DNA of 64,000 nt from Candidatus Aenigmatarchaeota archaeon (GCA_043824495.1 JBDRSV010000024.1:91056-155055); one strand, 5' to 3'; positions 28,241 to 37,589 are shown, counted from the stretch's first letter. Numbers and translations: made by a program. Notes: generated by a model not told the origin, from the sequence alone.

Positions 28241-28942
28241 ATGTTATTGCATGTAACAGTAATAAGCCGCGGAGACAGAACAACGATCGATGTTCCCAGA
28301 ACAGAATTCAACTGGGATACCAATCAATGTCGCGTAGTTGAAGGTGCAGAGGAAGCTGAAAGAAATCTCGGGGTGGCGGAGAATCTCGAAATCCGTAAAC
28401 CCGCGGCTTACCAGGGACCCTATTTATACTGTATTGTAGAGGTGGGGTTCGAGGAAATTTGTTTTCCCCCGACTTTCCTCAAGTGGATCGAGAATGTTCC
28501 CGAGGATGAGAAAAGAGCCATCCTTATCGTTCCCACCAAAACCATCCGAAAGGCCGATGATAGTCACTATATGGGATCTATAGATCGTTATAGGTATTAT
28601 CCTCATGGTGAAGTCTTCCTGATTGGTCGCAGAATCATCGTGAGGAACATCTACCTATCACCTGATAACATCAAGATGGTGGTGGATAAAATCCTTGCCC
28701 GACTGAGTGACGGCCTGTTCCTCCGGTTGGCCTTTGAGTTTCTCCAGGCTACGCCGATCAGTGACAATCCTACGGTGACTGGAGAACATATCACCATGTT
28801 GGATAATCTCTTCACGGGGACGCGTTCCCTTCGGAGAGGAGATTCAACTCGTCGCGAACGGTTCAATCATGTTCGGGCCGTGATTGGACATATGGCCAAA
28901 CACGGGATAGTTCTGTCTGGCAAGATCGAACCCGTGAAGTAA
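28241..28942 (+). CDS. hypothetical protein
   Basis: 233 aa, GC-rich, strong SD AAGGAAGGAGAG. No family recognised. Confidence 0.5.
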   Translation: MLLHVTVISRGDRTTIDVPRTEFNWDTNQCRVVEGAEEAERNLGVAENLEIRKPAAYQGPYLYCIVEVGFEEICFPPTFLKWIENVPEDEKRAILIVPTKTIRKADDSHYMGSIDRYRYYPHGEVFLIGRRIIVRNIYLSPDNIKMVVDKILARLSDGLFLRLAFEFLQATPISDNPTVTGEHITMLDNLFTGTRSLRRGDSTRRERFNHVRAVIGHMAKHGIVLSGKIEPVK

Positions 28943-28995
28943 TCAACGGCTTGGAAACCAAGTCAAATCAACGACAATGAAAGTTGAGGTGTAAT

Positions 28996-29316
28996 ATGAA
29001 TAGGCGAATACAGAGTATGATTGTGATGACTGCGACTTTGATAGCTGTTGCAGTCTTTCTCCAAGTCTCACAGCTTCACGCGGCACATTTGATGGCAACC
29101 GCAATTGCAATTGCGGTTGTGGTGATGATCGTTGTTAACATGGGAAGAGTTCCCAACACTCGGCAGAAGTTTCGGAACTTCTCTGTCGGAGCCGTTTTCG
29201 GGAGCATCTTCCTGTGGGAGTTGTTCAAGGTTACGTTCTTGAATCACCCTGCGGCTCTTTGGAGTGTGGTTGTACTCGGAGCTGCGGCAGTCTCATTTCT
29301 GACGTTCCGCCGGTAG
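28996..29316 (+). CDS. small membrane protein
   Basis: Three hydrophobic helices. ATG 28996 preferred over the track start 28984. Confidence 0.4.
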   Translation: MNRRIQSMIVMTATLIAVAVFLQVSQLHAAHLMATAIAIAVVVMIVVNMGRVPNTRQKFRNFSVGAVFGSIFLWELFKVTFLNHPAALWSVVVLGAAAVSFLTFRR

Positions 29317-29330
29317 TACTGAAGTTCACC

Positions 29331-29380
29331 GGGGATCCCGATCAATCTGGTTGGGATCCCCTCAACCTGACAATAAACTG
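29331..29380 (+). terminator. hairpin GGGGATCC-N15-GGATCCCC followed by TTGACAAT -35 box (cassette copy 2)
   Basis: Perfect 8-bp stem right after stop 29316. The TGACAATAAAC repeat also occurs at 27343 and 30278. Confidence 0.5.
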
Positions 29381-29414
29381 TTGTTAAATGTTCCATTACA
29401 CCAAGGAGGGCGCA

Positions 29415-30233
29415 ATGCGTCACCAACGTTTCATCACCACAGTACTGGCACTCATGTTCTTGACTGTGCCGGCAATGTTCAGCAGTGCGGTTCTGGCCGA
29501 TCCGATTTCATCCGGAGACGGTCAAATGTATGTGGTCCAACAGGGAGATTGGTTGACGCGGCCGATCATCCCGACACTCTACTCGGATGTGTTGAAGCCA
29601 GGCGACTTGAAGAGTGCTCTCTGGATCGCTGACATCTTCGATACACTCAACATTAACATCACCCACCGCGACAAAATTCGGGCGTATGATACCATCATGG
29701 CGCCGTCATTCGCGGCGTTGAAGAAGTACAAACATCTCGCACCCGCCGACGTGGTCATCAACCTGTTCGCCACGTATGATATCGCGTCCATGGAACTTGT
29801 GGACGCCGAGTTTGTAAGAAAGCGCATCGAGGACTTTGAGGGTACTTACTGGTACAAAAATCGAGCCGCGTGGGCCCGAATTTTCGGAGTCGGTAATGGC
29901 ACGTATGTCTGCGGTGACACCGTGATGCCGTTCTCATGGTTCATGAGCTGCAATACGGACGGTAATACGGGAATGACTATCTCCATCTCCATGGACGAAG
30001 GAGATCTCACCGCAGTTCGCAAGGTTCCAGGTACACGTAACGGATTCTGGGGAGCCAGTCGTGACAATAAGTTCACATACGTGGGCTTCGGCAACGACTG
30101 GATCGATCGTTGCGACTGGAATGACGAGACCGAGAGCTGGGACATTCCACCAGTTCTGAATGAGATCGTCGGAACTCTCAACAACTTTCCATTCGTCCAG
30201 TATATGACCGTCGTCGCGTACGAACTGGAATAG
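29415..30233 (+). CDS. secreted hypothetical protein (paralog family with 30334..31659)
   Basis: Signal peptide TTVLALMFLTVPAMFSSAVLA. AGGAGGG SD. C-terminal FPFVQYMTVVAYELE resembles the paralog's FFTNMKVIMYTVK. Confidence 0.5.
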   Translation: MRHQRFITTVLALMFLTVPAMFSSAVLADPISSGDGQMYVVQQGDWLTRPIIPTLYSDVLKPGDLKSALWIADIFDTLNINITHRDKIRAYDTIMAPSFAALKKYKHLAPADVVINLFATYDIASMELVDAEFVRKRIEDFEGTYWYKNRAAWARIFGVGNGTYVCGDTVMPFSWFMSCNTDGNTGMTISISMDEGDLTAVRKVPGTRNGFWGASRDNKFTYVGFGNDWIDRCDWNDETESWDIPPVLNEIVGTLNNFPFVQYMTVVAYELE

Positions 30234-30241
30234 TTGTTACA

Positions 30242-30290
30242 GGGGATCCTGACCAATTCGGTTGGGATCCCTTCAACTTGACAATTAACG
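30242..30290 (+). terminator. hairpin GGGGATCC-N15-GGATCCC followed by TTGACAAT (cassette copy 3)
   Basis: About 80% identical to 29331..29380. Confidence 0.5.
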
Positions 30291-30333
30291 TAACATGTTA
30301 ACAATGAATACCAACAGAGAAGGAGAAAGTCAA

Positions 30334-31659
30334 ATGTGTAACATCATCATCCGTACCATCGTGGCACTGGCACTCATGGTTCTGATCGTGCCGGCCATCA
30401 CCAACATCGCAATTGCGGACGGAACGCCGTGTGGTCTCACCGTAGGTAATGGCAACGACATCGATCGCGACTTCGTTGCATTCCTCAACAAAGAAGGAAT
30501 CAGATGGTTAACAATCGAGGAATTCGTTGAGTGCTACTCCCAACTGATCGGTCCAGGTAGTACCATGTTGAGCACCACTCGGGGATATGGCTGGGGATAT
30601 ATTGACGTTCCTTTCAAGTTTGGCGATTCGGTCGCGTCTATAGTGAACATGGAGATCATGCCAGGCGTCCGGATCAATATGGCTTGGGATCAAGCGGTCA
30701 TCTTCTACAAATATGCGAATAATCATGGAATGCATATTCTGAAGAAGACGGAGAATGACCGTGAGGTTCCGGCCTGGAGCGGCTTGATTGATGAAGCTAC
30801 GGTGCGTCAACATGTCAACGGCTTCGAAGTGTCCGCGCAGATTCCGAGTGATGTTCTGGAATCGGATGTTGCGATTATCCGGATGCGAGATTTAAAGGAC
30901 GCCTACTTGGCCGAGAACACCGACGTTATCGAGTCTTACCTCATCGAGAAGTTTGACCTCGACGACGATTCCGAGCCGTATTCTGACAATCGGCCAAATA
31001 TATTTCATCGCAGTGGCGAAGTCTTACTGGACTCGGAGATGTTCTTCGTGTATGAAGGTCTGGAAATTCTCAATCTCATCATCAATGATCGGTGGATTGG
31101 TGTACGATTCCCCGGATCGACCTATATCCACTTCATCAACATCGGACCGAGAAAAGTCCACGACTTGAATGCCAACTTCGTCGAGACGAAAACTCCGAAC
31201 AACACCGGCGGTCAGATCAGTATCCCGCAGGATGTGATCGAAAAGATGACGTGGATCGATTCCGTCTATTCGGATAGGATGTCCCCGAATCCGATGTTAG
31301 GTTTCGGAAACGGTGAGTACCTGGCGAGCTCTGGGATCGTTTCGTTCGCGTGGGTTGCCTGGACCAACACCGATGGCAACCTCCAGTTCTATCTCAATGT
31401 TCTCCTTAACATTGATCATCAGGTGACGATCGAGACTGTGTCTCACTACGGTGGGCCTGATGTTTGGAGGGCGTGGAGTCCGAATCAGACCTGCACAGAG
31501 GTGGAGACTGGAAACGGCTGGTGTTATATTCACTGTTCCCAGTCGGAAAGTGGACCTCGAATCTGCGACTATAGACAAGCCTTGGACGATGCAGTCGCGG
31601 CGTTCAATGGCATCGATTTCTTCACGAACATGAAGGTGATCATGTACACGGTGAAGTAA
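30334..31659 (+). CDS. secreted hypothetical protein (paralog of 29415..30233)
   Basis: Signal peptide IVALALMVLIVPAITNIAIA. SD GAAGGAG. ATG 30334 preferred. Confidence 0.5.
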   Translation: MCNIIIRTIVALALMVLIVPAITNIAIADGTPCGLTVGNGNDIDRDFVAFLNKEGIRWLTIEEFVECYSQLIGPGSTMLSTTRGYGWGYIDVPFKFGDSVASIVNMEIMPGVRINMAWDQAVIFYKYANNHGMHILKKTENDREVPAWSGLIDEATVRQHVNGFEVSAQIPSDVLESDVAIIRMRDLKDAYLAENTDVIESYLIEKFDLDDDSEPYSDNRPNIFHRSGEVLLDSEMFFVYEGLEILNLIINDRWIGVRFPGSTYIHFINIGPRKVHDLNANFVETKTPNNTGGQISIPQDVIEKMTWIDSVYSDRMSPNPMLGFGNGEYLASSGIVSFAWVAWTNTDGNLQFYLNVLLNIDHQVTIETVSHYGGPDVWRAWSPNQTCTEVETGNGWCYIHCSQSESGPRICDYRQALDDAVAAFNGIDFFTNMKVIMYTVK

Positions 31660-31948
31660 AGCCGAACGCCACGAATTACTAATCCGCTCTTCTTCCCAAA
31701 GAAGTGTGGCTAGTGTGAAAGGAGTATGGGAAGGTTCCACAGTAGTAGCATCAACGGCAAAAAGTAAAAGACAAAAAAATGAAGGCCAAACCCGAGGAGG
31801 AACTCGAAGTGAAGACGAAACGAAGGTCATGCCAATATCCCATTTCGCCCATGATGGCGACTCATATTCTCATAGTCTGACCGGCCGCCGGCGACGCCAC
31901 GGGCCTCTTATATAGTTAGCGGGGCCCATCGCCAATGCAGTCAAAATC

Positions 31949-32030
31949 CCGGGTAGGCTTCAACCCCTACCCGGGGTTCCAAATGAGCTCATCTAGTTCA
32001 GATATTTTCTAGGTGGGCCCATTTGGAATT
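31949..32030 (+). promoter_or_regulatory. hairpin CCGGGTAGG...CCTACCCGG plus inverted repeat TTCCAAATGAGC-N28-GCCCATTTGGAA
   Basis: A second copy with the same architecture lies at 32580..32665. Confidence 0.45.
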
Positions 32031-32092
32031 GTAAATGATTGTTGACTGTTCAATGAGCGTTCCGAAAGGAACATTGCAAGGAGATTTTTATC

Positions 32093-32557
32093 ATGACACA
32101 GCAGATGACATCAGTACCAGATGGTTGGGGCGGAGCAGGTGGCGACAGTCTCGGCACAGATGCACTCGAGCTTCTGAAGAAAATGGGATTCGACAATGCA
32201 ATGGGACAAGCGTTGCTCGGCAGCTTTAATCCACAGGGTTTCGTGGATGCGCTTCTCACGTTCCGACCGTTCCCGGTTGGCGGAGTCTCTCCCGAAGCTC
32301 GGAACGAGAGCAGAGAAGCTCAGTGGATTTATCTCACATGGATCTTCACCAGTCGGCAGAGAGCCTCCTTTCCCGTCGAAGGGGTGAGTGGCCTTGCTGA
32401 CTTCGTGGATATTGTCCGGAAAGCACAGAGCGATGCGGACGCGAACGAACATGCAGTTCGAATCTTGTCCAGGTTTGGGTGTGTCGATCTCCTCGTTGGT
32501 GAAGGTCGGACCTTCTTGCACACGAAAGCCATCGATTTCGCTAATTCCCAAACGTAA
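32093..32557 (+). CDS. hypothetical protein
   Basis: 154 aa, SD AAGGAG, GC-rich. Confidence 0.45.
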   Translation: MTQQMTSVPDGWGGAGGDSLGTDALELLKKMGFDNAMGQALLGSFNPQGFVDALLTFRPFPVGGVSPEARNESREAQWIYLTWIFTSRQRASFPVEGVSGLADFVDIVRKAQSDADANEHAVRILSRFGCVDLLVGEGRTFLHTKAIDFANSQT

Positions 32558-32579
32558 GTCCGCGACATCACCAACCAAT

Positions 32580-32665
32580 CCCGGGAACAAGACAGTTCAA
32601 TCTGTTCCCGGGTTCCAAATGAGTTCATGTGGTTTGATTTCTTGACTAGGTGGGCTCATTTGGAA
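32580..32665 (+). promoter_or_regulatory. hairpin CCCGGGAACA...TGTTCCCGGG plus inverted repeat TTCCAAATGAGT-N29-GCTCATTTGGAA (copy 2)
   Basis: Immediately after stop 32557. Contains TTGACT. Similar to 31949..32030. Confidence 0.45.
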
Positions 32666-32681
32666 TTGAGTTGTAGTAGAA

Positions 32682-32757
32682 CCATAACCCATTCACGACC
32701 TTTTGTCGACCCTGTCTGATATCAGTTCAGGGAAGAATCTAAAGGAAGGAGAATTCA
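32682..32757 (+). promoter_or_regulatory. conserved leader/promoter region copy B
   Basis: CCATAACCCATTCACGACCTTTTGTCGACCCTGTCTG...AAAGGAAGGAGAATTCA-ATG matches 28160..28240. Confidence 0.5.
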
Positions 32758-34749
32758 ATGCATTCACTCCAAGAAGTAAAAGAACACATCAAGACAACGA
32801 TGTGCAAAGCGGTTCAAGTGAATCGCTGGATGATGTGGATCGCGCTCGTCGTCATATGTATTGTGGCGATTGAGTTGTTCGTTTGGTTGCCTTCACTGCC
32901 AGAAGAGGCGCAAGACGTCCTTTCCCCATTCATAGAAGGTGGAAACAGGAATGCAGGCACGTTATTACTCCACTTCTTCTGTTTCATGGGTGCATTGGTG
33001 TCTATCTTCTTCAAAATCTTCGGTCCGATCACAAGATCTTATGATAATACACTTTTCTGGGAACTCCATCTGGGTGGAACAAAAAGGATCGGATTCCGCC
33101 TGGGTGACTGGCCTACTGGTGTGTTCATTGAAGCGGCAGACGTTCTCAGTGATTTACCAGCGAATGTCAGGAAAAGAATTCCGTGCACCCAGTATGCTGT
33201 TTCTCGAATTAAAAGCGTAACGGAATTCGACGACAGCGGTAGAGCCATCGTCCCACGGGATGAGAGTGTGTCTTCTGTGAGATTCGCCACAGTGGATGAT
33301 GGTCGACCGGGAACGCTCGACTTGGATAGGGTGTTCTCCTGGGCGCATAAGTACATCCGAGGCTATTATATCTGCCTGGCCTTTACATGTCTGTTCCTGG
33401 CTTGGCCGGTGATAACCGGCTACTCGATCGCGAGCTTCATGCACGACCTCCCGGTCCAGATCCACGACATCGCTGTTGACCCATCTCAGAATTCGACGAA
33501 AGTAATCGTCAGTTCTGATCGCAATGTCCGGTATGACTCAAGAATCGAGGTTGCAGATGACTGTGTCTGCTCCCGATTCATTCTGAACATATACCCGGCA
33601 AAGTGTGATTTCCTGGAGGAGATCTTTGCCAGTGACTATGTAATGAGAGGGTATTATGGGGCTCGAACCAACACCGGGCAGCTCTCCGAAGCAACTGGAT
33701 GGAATGGTGTCAGGCAAATCAACATCAGACAAGTTGGTGACACCATCAAGATTGTACTCGGCCTGAAAGATATGGTTGAGTACGCAATGAGTCGCTCGTC
33801 AGAGCACGGCACAAAGGATCTGGTCGTTGGTCTGGACACGCCAGTCGAGTCCAAACAGACATCGGGCGAATATTGGACCGCGAACAAGTTCGCAGATCAG
33901 TACGAAGTTCCTGACAACAATGCCCGTCGCGAGTCATCGTGTGGTGAATGGAAGTCGTTCGTCAGATTTGTATCTGCGGATAGTAACAACGTATACTTCT
34001 CTGCCAGATACGGTGGAGTGTACAGAGTGGATATGAATGGATGGATTGACACGATCGTCCCAAACAACGAGGTTGATTACTACCACACGCCAGTGAGTAG
34101 CGGTAATAAACTCGCTGGCATCCATGATGGGAATGATCTCTGTATTGTGGATATGGATACCAGAAAGGTCAAGAACGTCACCCATGGACAAATATGGGAC
34201 GTCGATTGGGTCTCGGACACCGGACTCGTGTTCTGGAGAGATCTTGATGGTGTCTGTTACTACTCCCTCTCTGCGGACTCGTCTTGGTCTTTGAACAAAA
34301 AGGCCAAATTCCCATCTGTGTGTGGGGATAAGATATTCTACCTCACACACTTACGCACCCATCGGGATGAGTGGGATTCCACACTAATCTGGGAGATGAG
34401 CCTTGACGGGTCTTCCAGAACCGTAGCTAGGTTGAAGGGAGGCTACTCACACCTGAGTATGTCTTCGGACTGCTCAATTGCAGTTCTGAAAGAGCCGTAT
34501 AGTTCTGACCGCACGTGGGTCAATAGAATCAAAACATTCTCCTTCAACGACTGCATTATGACAACACTGACGGAGTGTGGTGAGTCTCCAAGGATCACTA
34601 CAGACAATCGAATTGTTTATGTCAAGTTGTATCCTGTGGAGGGGCGTGGGGATTTCAACTCGAACTCAGAAGTCCGGATCATGGATCTGGACGGCAGAAA
34701 CGACACCTTGATTGTCAACAGAGAGGAACTCCGGAAGTTTCCGATGTAA
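32758..34749 (+). CDS. large membrane-anchored protein with extracytoplasmic beta-rich domain (hypothetical)
   Basis: Two N-terminal TM helices, then about 560 aa rich in W/Y/D/G turns; possibly propeller-like. Confidence 0.5.
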   Translation: MHSLQEVKEHIKTTMCKAVQVNRWMMWIALVVICIVAIELFVWLPSLPEEAQDVLSPFIEGGNRNAGTLLLHFFCFMGALVSIFFKIFGPITRSYDNTLFWELHLGGTKRIGFRLGDWPTGVFIEAADVLSDLPANVRKRIPCTQYAVSRIKSVTEFDDSGRAIVPRDESVSSVRFATVDDGRPGTLDLDRVFSWAHKYIRGYYICLAFTCLFLAWPVITGYSIASFMHDLPVQIHDIAVDPSQNSTKVIVSSDRNVRYDSRIEVADDCVCSRFILNIYPAKCDFLEEIFASDYVMRGYYGARTNTGQLSEATGWNGVRQINIRQVGDTIKIVLGLKDMVEYAMSRSSEHGTKDLVVGLDTPVESKQTSGEYWTANKFADQYEVPDNNARRESSCGEWKSFVRFVSADSNNVYFSARYGGVYRVDMNGWIDTIVPNNEVDYYHTPVSSGNKLAGIHDGNDLCIVDMDTRKVKNVTHGQIWDVDWVSDTGLVFWRDLDGVCYYSLSADSSWSLNKKAKFPSVCGDKIFYLTHLRTHRDEWDSTLIWEMSLDGSSRTVARLKGGYSHLSMSSDCSIAVLKEPYSSDRTWVNRIKTFSFNDCIMTTLTECGESPRITTDNRIVYVKLYPVEGRGDFNSNSEVRIMDLDGRNDTLIVNREELRKFPM

Positions 34750-34830
34750 GCGTGTAGTTATCATTCACACCCCGCCTGGATTCAATTCCAGGCGGGGTTG
34801 ATCATGAAATAAAGAGAAGGGGAGTGTACC

Positions 34831-35835
34831 ATGATAAAAATGTTTGGTAAACTGCTCTGCGGAGTTGCCATGGTTGTAGGCGGGTTGATCGCAGTGCTAG
34901 CGACGATCACTTTCTTCGCAGTCATTGGGAACATGGTAATCGATACTTACAAAATTGGCATGCATTTCTCTCCGTTGTTACCGACAGCCTTCATCAGCCT
35001 TTGGGTCGCCGCCGTCATGCTTTGGATTACCACCCTCGGCGCGAAAGGCCTCGGATGGTCGGTATCATGCCATTTGAAATTCAACATCGGTTACGGTTCC
35101 ATGCTGCTGGGAATCGTCGGCGTAATTGTGATCCTGGGATACTACACATATCTCTTCACCTTTGCTGACATCCCAGGACAACTGGTTGTCCTCAGTATTG
35201 ACGGTATGGAGACGTTCAGTCGGGTGGAAGTTCGTCTCATGAAAATCATGGATTTGGTGCCTCTACTATTCGCATCCATTTGCACCGGATTCACCGGACT
35301 GGCTCTCTGGTGGGGACGAATACAATCAATCCGGTTTCCGTTCTCCCGTTGGTTCGGAATCGCTGTCGCGATGATTCTTGTTATTGTCATGGCAGTGCCT
35401 GTTCTTGGTCAGGCCGATTCCACAGGCTTCACTGAGGCCAAGACCCATCTTTGTGGGATGCAGATGAATTATGCTGAATATTTCGGTGAGTTGTTCGCGG
35501 CGCGTTTCGCATCCCGGGAACTTGATATCAATATCTTCGATGCCGATGAAGAGTGGATGTGGAGAATGGTTGATTCAACATTCTACCGAAGGGATACACT
35601 CTTTGCTGTCAGAGACGGGTTCTCGTCGGTATTTAATATGGCCGAAGAGAAGGCCGAGCTTGTGGCCGCGACTGATCTGGCGAGAATTGTCGGGAAAATC
35701 AGGGGAATCCCGGAAGGTGAACGCGTTCCTTTAAGGTATTGTTTCCGTGGGGGACAGTTCATCAAGAAAGATACAAACAGAGGTTACCATGCGGTTGTAG
35801 TGCAGATTCTTCCGCTGTCTGAGAATCTGGAGTGA
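34831..35835 (+). CDS. polytopic membrane protein with C-terminal soluble domain (hypothetical)
   Basis: About 6 TM helices in the first 200 aa. SD GGGGAG. Confidence 0.5.
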   Translation: MIKMFGKLLCGVAMVVGGLIAVLATITFFAVIGNMVIDTYKIGMHFSPLLPTAFISLWVAAVMLWITTLGAKGLGWSVSCHLKFNIGYGSMLLGIVGVIVILGYYTYLFTFADIPGQLVVLSIDGMETFSRVEVRLMKIMDLVPLLFASICTGFTGLALWWGRIQSIRFPFSRWFGIAVAMILVIVMAVPVLGQADSTGFTEAKTHLCGMQMNYAEYFGELFAARFASRELDINIFDADEEWMWRMVDSTFYRRDTLFAVRDGFSSVFNMAEEKAELVAATDLARIVGKIRGIPEGERVPLRYCFRGGQFIKKDTNRGYHAVVVQILPLSENLE

Positions 35836-35876
35836 AACCAACATTATCCTTTCAACATTTGATGGAGGACGGGTCA

Positions 35877-36222
35877 TGAAACTAGTCTTAAATCGTAGGC
35901 ATCTTATAGATCCCGCCAGTGTCATTGGGCCACGCGTGAACTGGTTGTTCTCCTGAATGGCCAAGAGGTTCAGGTGCGTCCTATCGACCAGACGATAATT
36001 CTGATCGGACGCGATCCGGAATGTGACGTAATACTCGATAATCGCGCCGTCGACTTCTTCCATGCTCACATTGATTTCGGCGAGAATTTTGTAGTAATTG
36101 ACAACGTGTCACTCAACGGCACGTTTGTCAACGGAGAAAAGGTCGAGAAAGCGGTTCTCCGTCCTGGTGATGTGATCACAATAGCCAGGTATGAGATTCA
36201 CATCCGGTCCCTCCGGAAGTAG
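35877..36222 (+). pseudogene. FHA-domain protein, apparently frameshifted (or non-ATG start at GTG 35974)
   Basis: FHA core LVVLLNGQEVQVRPIDQTIILIGRDPECDVIL...NGTFVNGEKV lies in a frame with no ATG. A GGAGG SD plus ATG 35877 lie in another frame that terminates after 26 codons. Confidence 0.4.
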
Positions 36223-36286
36223 ACGACGCGATGGTAGTCTTGTTCCAATTCCGTACAGGTGTTTACAAAATCTGTGCGGGATTTGT

Positions 36287-36308
36287 ATTGTCTAATTAAA
36301 GGGATATA
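36287..36308 (-). repeat. junction motif copy 4 (ATTGTCTAATTAAAGGGATATA; reverse-complement orientation)
   Basis: GC-to-AT switch at the end of island D, after the FHA gene. Confidence 0.85.
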
Positions 36309-36390
36309 AGAGTTAAGGCTTTGCACAAAAACTCTGTTTTACACAAAAACTGTGCTTAGCCTAAAAAATTCAAGAAAAAGGAGGTGAAGC

Positions 36391-36609
36391 GTGAAAAAGG
36401 TTAAAAGTTGGAAATCTAAAGATAATAATATGATGATTACTCCAAGATTAGTGTTAATGTTCATTTTTGGACTTATTGCTATTTATGGTCTTTTTGCTGC
36501 TCTTAGTCCAGAAAGGTATATAATTCCTCTAGTTTCAGGTGAATTTGCACAAATTATTGGGTTTATTATATTTATCATAGCAGGTTATTTTTTTGTTAGG
36601 TTTAGATAA
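36391..36609 (+). CDS. small membrane protein
   Basis: GTG start with AAGGAGGTG SD. Two TM helices. Confidence 0.4.
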   Translation: MKKVKSWKSKDNNMMITPRLVLMFIFGLIAIYGLFAALSPERYIIPLVSGEFAQIIGFIIFIIAGYFFVRFR

Positions 36610-36874
36610 TATGGACAAAATACAACTTAAAAAGAATAAGATAGATCTGGAAGCTAGATATATAATGCAAGAAAGAAATGCTATTTTATTGGCCCTCCCT
36701 GCTTTACCATTAACTTCTTTTAACTTGGGTTTGTTTGTAGGTCAACTTGATCCATTAGTCTCTGCATTCATTGCTTTGGTTGTTTTTGAATATCTTTATT
36801 TTATTAAGCTTCATTTTGATCGAAAATTAAAGGATAAAATAAAAGAAATTGATGATCTGATGAGAATTACCTAA
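36593..36874 (+). CDS. small membrane protein
   Basis: Overlaps the previous gene. Two TM helices. Confidence 0.35.
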   Translation: MLGLDNMDKIQLKKNKIDLEARYIMQERNAILLALPALPLTSFNLGLFVGQLDPLVSAFIALVVFEYLYFIKLHFDRKLKDKIKEIDDLMRIT

Positions 36875-36935
36875 GGCGAATTCTGACCAAAAACCCTTGC
36901 ATTGATTTATATTCCTTTCCAACTAATTCTTTCCT

Positions 36936-37589
36936 ATGACAAAACCAATCGCACTATCGGCAAGTAGCATAAGACTTTTCCTAGAGTGCCCTCGATGCTT
37001 CTGGCTGCATATAAACAAGAAGGTAAGAAGGCCTTCGGGAGCTTTCCCATCGTTGCCAGCGGGTATGGACAAGATACTCAAGATACACTTTGATGAGTAC
37101 AGGGAGAAAGGCAAGATACCAAAAGAGCTAGAAGGCAAATTCAGCGGCAAGCTTTTTGGTGATACAGAAATATTGGGTGTGTGGCGTAACAACAGAAAAG
37201 GGCTAAGACATACAGACAAAAAGAGTGGCATTATTCTCATGGGAGCGTTAGATGACCTCTTTGTCACCAATAATGGACAGTTTGCACCATTGGACTTCAA
37301 AACAAGAGGCTATCCCCTCAAGGAAGACACACATGAACACTATCAGCACCAGATGGACATTTACTCATATCTTCTAGAAAAGAACAACATGAAGACTGCA
37401 GGCTATGCAATACTCATATTCTACCATCCGAAACGTGTTACAAGCACATGCAATGTTGAGTTTAATGCAGACCCTTTGAAGGTGAAGACCAGCATAAAGG
37501 ACGGTGAGAAGATATTTTTGGATGCTGTAAAATGCCTTTCGGGGAAAGAGCCCAATCCTGGCAAGGACTGTGGGTTTTGTAGATGGTGA
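36936..37589 (+). CDS. Cas4-like PD-(D/E)XK nuclease with Cys cluster (solo; no CRISPR array or other cas genes in the window)
   Basis: N-terminal LECPRCFWL (the Cas4 CPRxFWL motif). LDFK motif. QhxxY motif (QMDIYSY). C-terminal C-x11-C-x2-C. Confidence 0.55.
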   Translation: MTKPIALSASSIRLFLECPRCFWLHINKKVRRPSGAFPSLPAGMDKILKIHFDEYREKGKIPKELEGKFSGKLFGDTEILGVWRNNRKGLRHTDKKSGIILMGALDDLFVTNNGQFAPLDFKTRGYPLKEDTHEHYQHQMDIYSYLLEKNNMKTAGYAILIFYHPKRVTSTCNVEFNADPLKVKTSIKDGEKIFLDAVKCLSGKEPNPGKDCGFCRW

